From Thermodesulfobacteriota bacterium (GTDB lineage: Bacteria; Desulfobacterota; Desulfobacteria; Desulfobacterales; C00003060): a DNA stretch of 64,000 bases. Location of the stretch: NCBI GenBank assembly GCA_034189385.1, contig JAXHVD010000008.1, positions 32,001 to 96,000 of the forward strand. The letters are read 5' to 3'. Of the stretch, positions 29,543 through 39,124 are shown piece after piece; positions within the stretch are counted from its first letter, which is position 1, and each line of letters opens with the position of its first letter. The translations under genes were made by a program, and so were the position numbers. The notes below the pieces were generated by a model, which ran no database searches, was not told where the DNA came from, and saw nothing but the letters and a program-made list of their open reading frames with translations.

Positions 29543-30976
29543 TCAGGTCGAATCGCCTTTCACAGAGGCCTCGATCTGGATGCGATACTTCTCCATTTTG
29601 GATAGAAGGGTGGGCCGGGAAATGCCGAGGAGCTCTGCTGCCTGGCTGCGGTTGCCCCCCGTGTACTTGAGACCTTCTGCGATGAGCATGCCAGCAAAAC
29701 GGTCCATGAGGGTGTTAAACACGTCCTTACCCGTGCCGGCGATCAGGGCATTGCGGATCCATGTGCGTAGTGCGTCAACAGCCGTGTCATCTGGCCCGAC
29801 TGAGACACGCTCGCTCCCCATGACTTTAGAGATGTCCTCCCGACTGATGGGGCCGCCAGGGCTGAAAATCAAGGCCTTTTGCATGGTGTTGGCCAGTTCG
29901 CGGACATTTCCCGGCCAGGGGTGACTGCTGAGCAAGGCGCTGGCAGGTTTGTTTATGCCAGGATTGCCCACGCCCATTTCTGCTGCAAATCGGGCCAGGA
30001 AGTAATCAGCCAGCAGGGGGATGTCGTCTACACGGTCCCGCAAGGGCGGAAGCCACAGGGTCACCACCTTGAGCCGATAGTAGAGATCTTCTCGAAACCG
30101 ACCTTCCCGCAAAGCCGCTTCCAGATCTCGATTGGTGGCAGCAATGATCCGCACGTCCACGGGGATGGGTTCCCTTCCGCCAAGGCGTTCAATACTCTTT
30201 TCCTGCAACAAACGCAGAATCTTGGCCTGGATGCTGAAAGGCATGTCCCCGATTTCATCCAGAAGGATCGTTCCTCGGTCCGCCTGCTGGATCTTTCCTA
30301 CCCGCCGACTTACAGCGCCGGTGAAGGCCCCTTTCTCATATCCAAAGAGCTCGCTTTCCAGAAGGGTTTCAGGGATGGCCACGCAGTTGATGACGAGAAA
30401 GGGTCTATGGGCCCGAAGACCGTGCTGATAGATGGCCCGGGACACCAGTTCCTTGCCCGTACCGGACTCGCCGCGAATGAGCACAGTGGCCTCAGTGGGG
30501 GCCACCCTGCCGATGGCCTTGTAGACATCCTGCATGGCCTTGCTTCGACCGATAAGGGCATCTTCCGTCGTCGTCTCAGGGGCCACATCCATCTTGACCC
30601 GTGATCGCATGAAGCGGCCGGCTTCAAGGGCCTGTTTGATGACGGCCAGCATGTCAGGGATTTCAAAGGGCTTTAAGACGTAGTCATAGGCCCCAAGCTT
30701 GGTGGCTTCAATAGCAGTCTCTGTAGTGCCAAAGGCGGTCATGATAATGACTGGCAGCTTTGGCTCTATGTCGCGCATGGCCTGGAAGGCCTCCAAACCA
30801 CCCATGCCAGGCATACGCACATCCATGATCACCAGGTCAGGCACAGACTCTTCTACCAGGGCCACGCCCTCCTCGCCGGTGGACGCGGCTTGGACACCGT
30901 GGCCCTCTTCCACTAAGAGCTTGCCAAAGCTTTGCCGCAACTGGACGTCGTCGTCAACGATGAGGATCTTAGCCAA
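29543..30976 (-). CDS. NtrC-family sigma-54-dependent response regulator
   Basis: Receiver (ILIVDDD, DVRMP), GESGTGKE, GAFTGA, WPGNVREL, HTH GNRSQAAELLGISRPTL. Confidence 0.95.
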   Translation of the reverse strand: MAKILIVDDDVQLRQSFGKLLVEEGHGVQAASTGEEGVALVEESVPDLVIMDVRMPGMGGLEAFQAMRDIEPKLPVIIMTAFGTTETAIEATKLGAYDYVLKPFEIPDMLAVIKQALEAGRFMRSRVKMDVAPETTTEDALIGRSKAMQDVYKAIGRVAPTEATVLIRGESGTGKELVSRAIYQHGLRAHRPFLVINCVAIPETLLESELFGYEKGAFTGAVSRRVGKIQQADRGTILLDEIGDMPFSIQAKILRLLQEKSIERLGGREPIPVDVRIIAATNRDLEAALREGRFREDLYYRLKVVTLWLPPLRDRVDDIPLLADYFLARFAAEMGVGNPGINKPASALLSSHPWPGNVRELANTMQKALIFSPGGPISREDISKVMGSERVSVGPDDTAVDALRTWIRNALIAGTGKDVFNTLMDRFAGMLIAEGLKYTGGNRSQAAELLGISRPTLLSKMEKYRIQIEASVKGDST

Positions 30977-30980
30977 TGTG

Positions 30981-32444
30981 TTACTCCTTGTACGGAAGGG
31001 TGATCTTAAAAGTAGCCCCCTTCCCTTCTTGTGACTTGAGGTTCAACCAACCTCCGTGTTCTTCCACAATGCGGGCTGCGATGCTCAGGCCCAAACCTGT
31101 GCCCTCTTCTTTTACACTAAAAAAGGGTTCAAATAACCTGCCCTGAATCGCTTCTGGAATCCCTGGCCCGTTGTCAGTCACGGCGATGATCGCTACATGT
31201 CCCAGTCGTTCTACTACTTCATCTTGCTCGGAGATCACGATCTTTCCCCCTTTGCCCATGGCTTCGCAAGCGTTGATCAGAAGGTTCACCAGGACCTCTT
31301 TCAACTGCTCCGGATCGACCGAGATTTCAGCAAGGCGCTGTTGACGATCAAGTTTGACCTCGGCGTCGTAGGATTGAAGGCGGTGCTTTAAGAGCTGGAG
31401 GGTCATGTCCACCACGTCTGAAGGGCTGACCTTTTGCATCTTCAGTTTGGGCGGTCGAGAAAACTCCAGAAAGTTCTGAACAATGTTGTCAATATGACGG
31501 ATCTCTTCAGAGATGACGCCCAGGTCCTCTTTCTGCGTACCAGTGGTATCCAGTGTCCTTTCCAACGAAAAGAGCCTCATCTTCACAGAAGTCAAGGGAT
31601 TTCTGATGCTGTGAGCCACCCCTGCCGCCAACTTTCCCACCAGGGCCAACCTTCCCGACTGCAAGAGGTGTTCCTGGCTCCGTTCAAGCTCCGTCTTGGT
31701 GTGACCCATATCTTCCCGCAGGCTGTGGACTTGATGGCTGATGGCCTTCACTTCATTGCCGGGGGCCACGTAGCCTTTCGTATCATGGGCATCTGCGGCC
31801 AACCTGCGAAGGGGGTTTAGAATCTGGGTCACAAGCACAAAGGCCAACAAGGCGCCAAGGAGCATGGCCGTCCAGAGGGCCATGGCGGCGATGACCCGAA
31901 GACGCTTTGCCTGGCCATGACTCCTGTCCTGTGCAAGCCTGATTCTCTCCTTATGGATGTCCTTATGCCCCTGGCACAGTTCCAGGATTCTGAAAAAGTG
32001 CCCTCGGACCTTCTCATGGAGTATGGTCCCCACTTGCCGCTCTCCGGCCTTATAGAGGGCAATGACACGGTCCTTATCTTCTATGTACTGGCCATACTCA
32101 GACTCGATTTGGCCAATAATTTGCCTGTCCTGTTCCGTTTGAGCAAGGGCCTTGACCTCTTTCAGCCTCTCCTTAAAGGCTTGTCGATACTCGCCCAGTT
32201 TCTCGAGCCAGTCCGGATCGCCGTCCAAAAAGTAGTAGGAGACAAATCCCTTCTGGTTCACCAGGGCGCTTTCCAAACCCTCTGCGGTCTCAAGGGCTGC
32301 TACATCTCTTTCCACCAGTCGGCTGACAAGGCCGTCCATCTGGTAGGTATACCACATCATGACAGAGCCGCCTGCCAAGGTGATGGCTACCAGAACAGCC
32401 AATATCAAAAAGAGACGGGCCCGCAGACTAATGCGCTTCCACAT
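30981..32444 (-). CDS. Membrane sensor histidine kinase with four-helix-bundle periplasmic domain
   Basis: Two TM helices around a helical sensor; AHSIRNPL; NLLINACEA; DNGPG; GTGLGL. Confidence 0.93.
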   Translation of the reverse strand: MWKRISLRARLFLILAVLVAITLAGGSVMMWYTYQMDGLVSRLVERDVAALETAEGLESALVNQKGFVSYYFLDGDPDWLEKLGEYRQAFKERLKEVKALAQTEQDRQIIGQIESEYGQYIEDKDRVIALYKAGERQVGTILHEKVRGHFFRILELCQGHKDIHKERIRLAQDRSHGQAKRLRVIAAMALWTAMLLGALLAFVLVTQILNPLRRLAADAHDTKGYVAPGNEVKAISHQVHSLREDMGHTKTELERSQEHLLQSGRLALVGKLAAGVAHSIRNPLTSVKMRLFSLERTLDTTGTQKEDLGVISEEIRHIDNIVQNFLEFSRPPKLKMQKVSPSDVVDMTLQLLKHRLQSYDAEVKLDRQQRLAEISVDPEQLKEVLVNLLINACEAMGKGGKIVISEQDEVVERLGHVAIIAVTDNGPGIPEAIQGRLFEPFFSVKEEGTGLGLSIAARIVEEHGGWLNLKSQEGKGATFKITLPYKE

Positions 32445-32620
32445 GTGGGCATTCCACGGCCCAAGGGGCAACAAAAACCCTCAGGCCCTTTTGAAGTGTT
32501 CGTCTCCCACCCAGGAGAGATACCATGGGGCACCTTATCTTAACCTATAGGAAAATACTACCCAGCAGTCTTCACCATATGACGTTTTGGGAAGCCCACA
32601 AGCCCTTCTCCTGCCCAGTG

Positions 32621-34942
32621 CTACCCTGTGACTAGAGTCTCCCTGGAAGTAAGGAGGTGATGATGGGTCTTTATCTCTGTTATTTCGATAACGCGCTCTA
32701 CTGTTTGGGTAGCGGCTTGTGTTGGTTCTACGCCGGTCTCTGACACGCCACGGATCCTTTCAACAGAATAGTCCCCCCTTTTCTCTGCCCACTTTCTAGC
32801 CTCAGCCCCGGCAATATGGACTGAGAAGCTCTGATGACCCCTTTCAGGTGTTTCACCGATGATGTGAACCACGACCTTGAACTCCGAAGAAGCGCGTCCT
32901 TTGAAAAGAGCTTCGCCCACGGCATTACCTGCCTCCCCCCGCCCATTCTTTACTGCAATGGTTTCCTCGGCCACGGTATAGCCAGCCTCTTTGAGCTCCT
33001 TCCTCAGAGCCGCCAAGTATGGTTTCAGAAGGGTCTCGGCCATGACAGCTTTGGCGTTGAGGCCGTCGGAAATAACGATCAGAACATCAGGCCCCTTTTC
33101 GGCCCACGTCTTACTCAGTCTATCTAACGTGGCAACGGCAGCCTTGCTGAGGTCCCTGCCTGTATCTGGACGGGCGAAGTAGTCTTTCCGGTCCTCGGCC
33201 ATGGTTTCGATGACCACAGCCTTGCCGAGGGCCTTTACGAATTCCGGAGTGAACTCTGCCCAGAAAGATGCCTGGACGTCCCGGCAAAAAGAGGCGATTT
33301 CCTCGTGTAACGCAGGCTCCAAGTCCCAGAGGTTCTTCCCGTGACCCCTGGCGATGGGCACTCCTCTTGCCTGAACCCGATGAATGGCGGCCTCGCCTTC
33401 TGCATAGATCTCAGCCCTTGGGCGCTCATCTCCTTTGGCCATCCTATAGCGATAGTAGACCCAGACAGGATCCCCGAAGTGCTCCGTGTAATTGTCCTCA
33501 TAGTCAACGATCTCGATCCGCTTGAAAAAGCCCCACATCTCATCTCCCACCTTATAACCGAACTTGTGCCGCAAACGCACGTGGTCCTGATAGGACGTGG
33601 TGATATAGTGCAGCGCGGGATCGAACCTCGTGGGAAGGGCCTTTACGTAGGCCGGGTTGGCCGGCATGATTTGGTCCATACACCAGTCCAGGTCGGTGGG
33701 GCTTGCAAGCATGTTAAGCCTTGAGGAGACATCAACTCCCATGGTGAGGCCGTGGAGTTTACCCATGAAGATGTCTTCCAGACAGCACCTCACAAGCTGC
33801 TGTGGGGTGTTGAAGACTTCAGGCCCCAGGGATCCGCCAGCGTCATTGGCATGGGACCATACTTCTTTTTCTGGGGCGACTCTGGCCATCTCCTTTTTCA
33901 AGGCCCTTGAAAACCCATACTTGCGCGCTTCATGGATCACCATGTCAAAACCATTTCCTGCGCCGTGAATGAAGTCATCGCCCTGACCGGTTTCGTGGTA
34001 AAGTCCAAATATGCCGGTCCGCATTTTTGCATATCTCATCATCTTTTTAATAGAAATACCAAGGGCCTCGTTGGCATCGTCACATCCGGCCAGCCTTTGA
34101 AACCAGATGCCCCCCTTAATTTCCGGGTATGTTCTCTCAACCTCGGCCTGGGCATCTATGTGGGCCAGGGCACACCAGGGGATCACGTCTTGGAGTCCAA
34201 AGGTGACGATCACATCCTGGATGGCCCGTGTCATGGTGGCCACATTTTCGACAGTGCCATCCACAGGGTTTGCGCCGGCAACGAGATCTCCGGTGGCGTA
34301 ACTCCAGGCGTCGAAGATCTGCCACTGAATGTCCTCAAGGTGATCCTGTGGCGAATTGGGCTGGATGCGGGCGCTGAGGTAACCCTTGCCCCCGACGTTA
34401 CTTCCGGGCAATGGGTTGAAGACGGTCCGTCCCACAAGGGACAGTTCGGAATTGGTCATGAGTTTGGTGACGCAGCCAATGGCGTCACTGGTGAGGCCCC
34501 ACATGATACTTTTGATGTCCCCTTCTGGCCTGGTGAGAAGGAACGTCTTCAACTCACCCATGGTCCAGTCTTTGACTCCATGGTACTGGGCCTTGTCCGT
34601 GGTTTCTTCGATCAATTCTTGCAGCTCGTCTTCAAACAATGGATGCTCGTGAATATCCTTGATCCTGGTATGGGCAAGGAGCATCCGCGCATGGACTCGC
34701 GTGATGGGATCATCTGCAGCCACACGAATGGCCTCGTCGCCTTCCCTATAGGGATTGGCGGCGCCGATGACCTGCCGGTAAAGGGTACGATGGAATCTTC
34801 CCTTGATCCGCTTCACATATGCGAACACATCTTCGCCGGGCCTAACATCTTTTATAGTTACTGCAGCGGCGTGGGTGCCCAACGAAAGGCATCCCCAAAG
34901 CACGACGCCTGCCACAAGGCAGGTGCGAATCCACCTCAGCAC
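32621..34942 (-). CDS. eutB: Fused ethanolamine ammonia-lyase large+small subunit (EutB-EutC) with predicted signal peptide
   Basis: ARIQPNSPQD, GDLVAGANP, ALAHIDAQ, YHETGQG, EARKYG, LEDIFMGKLHG; EutC-like DYFARPDTGRDL, VISDGLNA, HIIGETP; N-terminus MLRWIRTCLVAGVVLWGCLSLGTHAAA. Confidence 0.82.
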   Translation of the reverse strand: MLRWIRTCLVAGVVLWGCLSLGTHAAAVTIKDVRPGEDVFAYVKRIKGRFHRTLYRQVIGAANPYREGDEAIRVAADDPITRVHARMLLAHTRIKDIHEHPLFEDELQELIEETTDKAQYHGVKDWTMGELKTFLLTRPEGDIKSIMWGLTSDAIGCVTKLMTNSELSLVGRTVFNPLPGSNVGGKGYLSARIQPNSPQDHLEDIQWQIFDAWSYATGDLVAGANPVDGTVENVATMTRAIQDVIVTFGLQDVIPWCALAHIDAQAEVERTYPEIKGGIWFQRLAGCDDANEALGISIKKMMRYAKMRTGIFGLYHETGQGDDFIHGAGNGFDMVIHEARKYGFSRALKKEMARVAPEKEVWSHANDAGGSLGPEVFNTPQQLVRCCLEDIFMGKLHGLTMGVDVSSRLNMLASPTDLDWCMDQIMPANPAYVKALPTRFDPALHYITTSYQDHVRLRHKFGYKVGDEMWGFFKRIEIVDYEDNYTEHFGDPVWVYYRYRMAKGDERPRAEIYAEGEAAIHRVQARGVPIARGHGKNLWDLEPALHEEIASFCRDVQASFWAEFTPEFVKALGKAVVIETMAEDRKDYFARPDTGRDLSKAAVATLDRLSKTWAEKGPDVLIVISDGLNAKAVMAETLLKPYLAALRKELKEAGYTVAEETIAVKNGRGEAGNAVGEALFKGRASSEFKVVVHIIGETPERGHQSFSVHIAGAEARKWAEKRGDYSVERIRGVSETGVEPTQAATQTVERVIEITEIKTHHHLLTSRETLVTG

Positions 34943-35531
34943 AATCCCCTCCTCCTAAAAGGCACTCTGTGTATTTCTCCTCACGACTATGGCTCTGATG
35001 AGTAAAGGGACCACGACATCCCATCCCGGACGTGATCGTCCATCGGGCTTGTTGCCCAGCCTCCTTTTTGCTCGTCGTCGGGCCTTGTCCAGCAGGCAGT
35101 AAGCAGGCTCAAGAACTGCAACTGCCAGTCTTTTCAGACCACCCTTGCCCATGCCTCACAGCGGCGCAGACATGTCTCAGGCATTTTTTCTGCTCACAAG
35201 ATTGCCAGGCCAAGTGAAGTGTCGACCTGGGCCAACCCTTGGGAGGATCGCTATTTGCCATGGGGTTGAGACGAATAAAGGGTTGGAAGGATCGGTCAAG
35301 TCAAAGAGAGCCCTTTGGACATTTTCCAGATCTCTCTGTCTAACACGGATGGCCCAGAATTGTCAAGAGGGCCTTCGGCCTTGACACTGGTGGACCTTTC
35401 GACTATACTCACTTCGCCAAACATTGCGTCTTTACTACTTTTTTTCGTGGATCGGCACAATATTGCTTTGCCTGTCACGGGGGCTGTCGCCTTGACGGAC
35501 AATGAGCAAAGATAATGGGAGGGAAAGATTG

Positions 35532-37472
35532 ATGGAAGTGTCAGAAGAAGAAAAACAGGCATCCCGGAGCGAAACTACGGTGGCCCTGTTGGACGAGGCG
35601 CGGGTGTTTCGTCCCCTGCCCCAACTGGTGGTTGAGGCAAACGTTAATCCGAATGATTATGAAGAGGCTGTAAAGAAAGGAAGGAGCGATCTGGAGGGGT
35701 TCTGGGAGGAAGCGGCCGAGGACCTTCATTGGTTTAAGCGTTGGAGCAAGGTCCTGGACCGCTCCAATTCCCCTTTTTACAACTGGTTCGTCGATGCCAA
35801 GACCAACATCGCCTACAATGCCTTGGATCGTCACATGAGCACGCCGCGAAAAAACAAGGTGGCCATCATTCACGAGAAGGAGAATGGCGAACGTGAGCGG
35901 ATGACTTACTATGACCTTTATCGTGCCGCCAATCAGTTCGCCAATGTGCTAACGTCGTTAGGCATCAAGATGGGAGACCGGGTGGCCATCTATCTTCCGA
36001 ACATTCCAGAGATCGCCATCGCCATGCTCGGCTGTGCGAAAGTCGGAGCCATTCACAGCGTGGTCTATGGCGGGTTCAGCGCCATGGCCCTTCGGGAGCG
36101 CATTAACCATGCAGAGGCCAGACTGGTCGTTACGGTAGACGGTTTTCAGCGAAACGGCAAAGTCATCAAGCTAAAAGAAGTAGTCGACGACGCCATGGCG
36201 GCTTGCCCCACCGTGGAAAGCGTGGTGGTCGTTCAAAGGGCTGGCGTTGATATAGACATGTCTGATGGCCGCTATCTGTGGTTCCATGACCTTATGGCAG
36301 GGGAATCCCCGGAATTCCAAACCGCAGAAATGGATGCCAATGCCCCCCTTTTCATCCTCTACACGTCGGGGACCACGGGCAAGCCCAAGGGGGTCGTTCA
36401 TTGCCATGGCGGTTACATGGTAGGGATCAACCGAACCTTGAAATGGGTCTTCGACATCAAGGAGACGGATATCTTCTGGTGTGCTGCCGACCCAGGATGG
36501 GTTACCGGGCACAGCTATATCGTGTACGGTCCCCTGTGTGCGGGCACCACCACCGTCATGTATGAGGGGCACCCGCTTTACCCGGGCCCTGACCGCATGT
36601 GGCAGATCATTGATAAATACGGCATCAACATCCTGTACACCGCACCCACGACCATACGGATGCTCATGCGATTTGGTTCTCAGCACCCCAAGAGACATGA
36701 TCTTTCCACGCTTCGCATTCTGGGCACTGTGGGAGAGCCGATCAATCCGGAGGCCTGGATCTGGTACCACGACAACGTGGGCAAGGGAAACTGCCCCGTG
36801 ATGGACACGTGGTGGCAGACGGAAACGGGGATGTTCATGGTGACCCCCACGCCCTGCAACGTCTTAAAGCCGGGTTCGGCCTTCAAGCCCTTCCCAGGAG
36901 TCCATGTGGATATTGTTGACGCTGAAGGCGAGCCTGTAGCGCCGGGCAAGGGGGGATATGTGGTCGTGAAAGAGCCATGGCCCGCCATGTTGAAGACCCT
37001 GTACAAAGACCCTGAGAAATTCCAGGAGGTTTACTTTATGAGATTCCCTGGAATCTACCTAGCCGGCGATATCGCCACCCGCGATGACCAGGGTTACTTC
37101 AGGTTTCAGGGCCGCTCTGACGATGTGCTGAACATTGCCGGACATCGCGTGGGCACGGCTGAGGTGGAAAGCGCATTGGTAAGCCACAAATATGTGGCCG
37201 AGGCCGCGTGCATCGGAGTGCCTGATAAGGTGAAAGGTGAAGTGGCCAAGGTCTTTGTCACCTTGAAACAGGGGGTGGACGAAGACGAAACCACCCTGGT
37301 CAATGACTTGAAAGCCCACGTTCGAAAAGAGCTTGGCCCCATTGTGATTATCAAAGAAATCACCTTCCAAGACAAGCTCCCTAAGACCAGGAGCGGGAAA
37401 ATCATGCGCCGGGTCCTCAAAGCGAGGGAACTGGGGCTCAAGGAAGGGGACCTTTCCACCCTCGATGATTAG
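35532..37472 (+). CDS. acs: Acetate--CoA ligase (AMP-forming acetyl-CoA synthetase)
   Basis: YTSGTTGKPKG, GEPINPEAW, DTWWQTETG, GRSDD, LPKTRSGKIMRR. Confidence 0.95.
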   Translation: MEVSEEEKQASRSETTVALLDEARVFRPLPQLVVEANVNPNDYEEAVKKGRSDLEGFWEEAAEDLHWFKRWSKVLDRSNSPFYNWFVDAKTNIAYNALDRHMSTPRKNKVAIIHEKENGERERMTYYDLYRAANQFANVLTSLGIKMGDRVAIYLPNIPEIAIAMLGCAKVGAIHSVVYGGFSAMALRERINHAEARLVVTVDGFQRNGKVIKLKEVVDDAMAACPTVESVVVVQRAGVDIDMSDGRYLWFHDLMAGESPEFQTAEMDANAPLFILYTSGTTGKPKGVVHCHGGYMVGINRTLKWVFDIKETDIFWCAADPGWVTGHSYIVYGPLCAGTTTVMYEGHPLYPGPDRMWQIIDKYGINILYTAPTTIRMLMRFGSQHPKRHDLSTLRILGTVGEPINPEAWIWYHDNVGKGNCPVMDTWWQTETGMFMVTPTPCNVLKPGSAFKPFPGVHVDIVDAEGEPVAPGKGGYVVVKEPWPAMLKTLYKDPEKFQEVYFMRFPGIYLAGDIATRDDQGYFRFQGRSDDVLNIAGHRVGTAEVESALVSHKYVAEAACIGVPDKVKGEVAKVFVTLKQGVDEDETTLVNDLKAHVRKELGPIVIIKEITFQDKLPKTRSGKIMRRVLKARELGLKEGDLSTLDD

Positions 37473-38332
37473 CCCCTTTGAAGGTCCAGAACCTCAGCGC
37501 CCATATCATCGAGATCAATAACCATGAGCTGGTGTCTCAGGAGGGGCCTCTTTTTTAGGAGGATTCTTGTTGCCTCTGAACACTCCAAGGCCGCCAACAG
37601 GGTCGTGATCTGAGGCAGACAACCGAGAGAAGACTCTGCCCCTTGAGTGGGCAAGGACAGTGGATCGCCATAAATGACTTGAAGCCCTGGGTCAGAAGGA
37701 AAGATGGTGGTCACGTGACCGGAGAGGCCGGCAACGGCAGCTGACACCAGGGGACAGCCAGCCTGTTTTGTCGCCCCCTCTAGGACAAAGCGGTCCTTGA
37801 GACCGCCCAGGCAATCAATGGCCACGTCTGCATCGCCCAAGATCGATAAGGTGTTGTCCTCGTTAAGATAGCACTGGTGGACGTGGACCACGACAGAGGA
37901 ATTGACAGCCCCTACCCGTGTTGCTGCCTCCTGGACCTTTGGCTTGCCGAGCGCCTGTTCCTGGCTCAGAAATTGCCGGTTGAGATTGCTCTCGTCAAAG
38001 ATGTCGCCATCAACGAGTAGCAAGGTGCCTACACCCAAGCGGGCCAGAACCTCTACGACCGTGCCCCCAAGTCCACCCATGCCCACGACGCAGACAGAGG
38101 ACCGCAGGAGGGCCACCTGTTCTTCCAAGGAATAGACCCTCACATTTCTGGCGTATCTTTCCGGCACTACCCCGGCCTCCAAGGCAGCGATCTGCCCATC
38201 TCGTCCAGAGAGCCCCCGTCCTTGGCAGAGCTTCTTGAGGTCTTTCATGCCAATGGATCGGTAGGGGGTGCCATCTGGGTGGGTGGCAGGGGTGGAAACC
38301 TGCCAAATGGCTTGGCCCAGTGCCGCCCTCAC
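37469..38332 (-). CDS. ThiF/MoeB/HesA family adenylyltransferase
   Basis: PERYARN, VVGMGGLGG, VDGDIFDESNLNRQ, IDCL; start uncertain. Confidence 0.88.
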   Translation of the reverse strand: MRAALGQAIWQVSTPATHPDGTPYRSIGMKDLKKLCQGRGLSGRDGQIAALEAGVVPERYARNVRVYSLEEQVALLRSSVCVVGMGGLGGTVVEVLARLGVGTLLLVDGDIFDESNLNRQFLSQEQALGKPKVQEAATRVGAVNSSVVVHVHQCYLNEDNTLSILGDADVAIDCLGGLKDRFVLEGATKQAGCPLVSAAVAGLSGHVTTIFPSDPGLQVIYGDPLSLPTQGAESSLGCLPQITTLLAALECSEATRILLKKRPLLRHQLMVIDLDDMGAEVLDLQRG

Positions 38333-38337
38333 AGGGG

Positions 38338-38571
38338 TTACCCTCCGCCTACAGGGGGGAAAACGCCCACCCGTTCGCCGCCCCAAAGGACGGAAGAGAT
38401 GTCGGCCCTGATGCCATCTATGAAGATGAGTTTCACGTCGTCCAGGGGGATTCCCAACCGCTTTATGAGGGCTTCCACGCTTTCGCCCGACGTGATGGGG
38501 AAACGTTCTGCCTCTTGGGGTAGATAGGCCTTTAGCGAGGCAAAGAGTTTCAGTTCAATATGGGCAACCAC
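38338..38571 (-). CDS. moaD: MoaD/ThiS sulfur-carrier protein
   Basis: Beta-grasp pattern LKLFASL...VGVFPPVGGG with free C-terminal Gly-Gly. Confidence 0.88.
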   Translation of the reverse strand: MVAHIELKLFASLKAYLPQEAERFPITSGESVEALIKRLGIPLDDVKLIFIDGIRADISSVLWGGERVGVFPPVGGG

Positions 38572-38663
38572 GGAAACGGCCTCCAGCCAGTATCATGTCC
38601 TGAAAAGGCTCAGGGAGCCCGAAAAATGGCTTCACGGCCACCGGGCGCTTTCCAAAGACACGA

Positions 38664-38957
38664 CTAGTTCTTGTTCTTTTTTCCCCCCACCATGCCCAGA
38701 AGGAGCCTGTAGGGGCCGGGACTCCCCGGGGGTACCAGGGCCACGCGATCGCCATCTGTGAGCACCGTGTCCACGGGCCTGACCAGTCCGTTGACAAAGA
38801 CCGCCTCCACATCCCCGGGCAAAAGGTCCATCTGGGCGAGGAGGTCTTCCACTGTGGTTCCTTCAGCAACGTCAAGGGGGGCATTGATACATGGAAGCTC
38901 TCGGGCCTTGAGCTTCTTCTGTAGAAAGGAGAATGCGTTGAACAGAATGGTTGTCAT
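38664..38957 (-). CDS. MoaD/ThiS-like protein with non-canonical C-terminus
   Basis: EAVFVNG...DGDRVALVPPGSPGPYR; ends MVGGKKNKN. Confidence 0.8.
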   Translation of the reverse strand: MTTILFNAFSFLQKKLKARELPCINAPLDVAEGTTVEDLLAQMDLLPGDVEAVFVNGLVRPVDTVLTDGDRVALVPPGSPGPYRLLLGMVGGKKNKN

Positions 38958-39010
38958 CACTTCTGCCTTCTACAATGATGAAAACTTGGGCTCCCAAGAG
39001 GCGATGGAAT

Positions 39011-39047
39011 AAAAAGAGCCCTGTGTGATCCGTTACAGGACTCTTTA
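39011..39047 (-). terminator. Rho-independent terminator downstream of aor
   Basis: Minus strand AGAGTCCTGT...ACAGGGCTCT followed by TTTT. Confidence 0.6.
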
Positions 39048-39124
39048 TGGCAGTCATTCACCTGAAAAGCGGCTCACCACTTACGCTCGTGCCCATCAAT
39101 CCAAGCGTGAGTCGTGGATGGGCA

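Noticed and set aside
35450..35470. sigma-54 promoter upstream of acs (CGGCACAATATTGC)
   Set aside because: GG-GC spacing is 9 rather than 10 and there is no enhancer copy nearby
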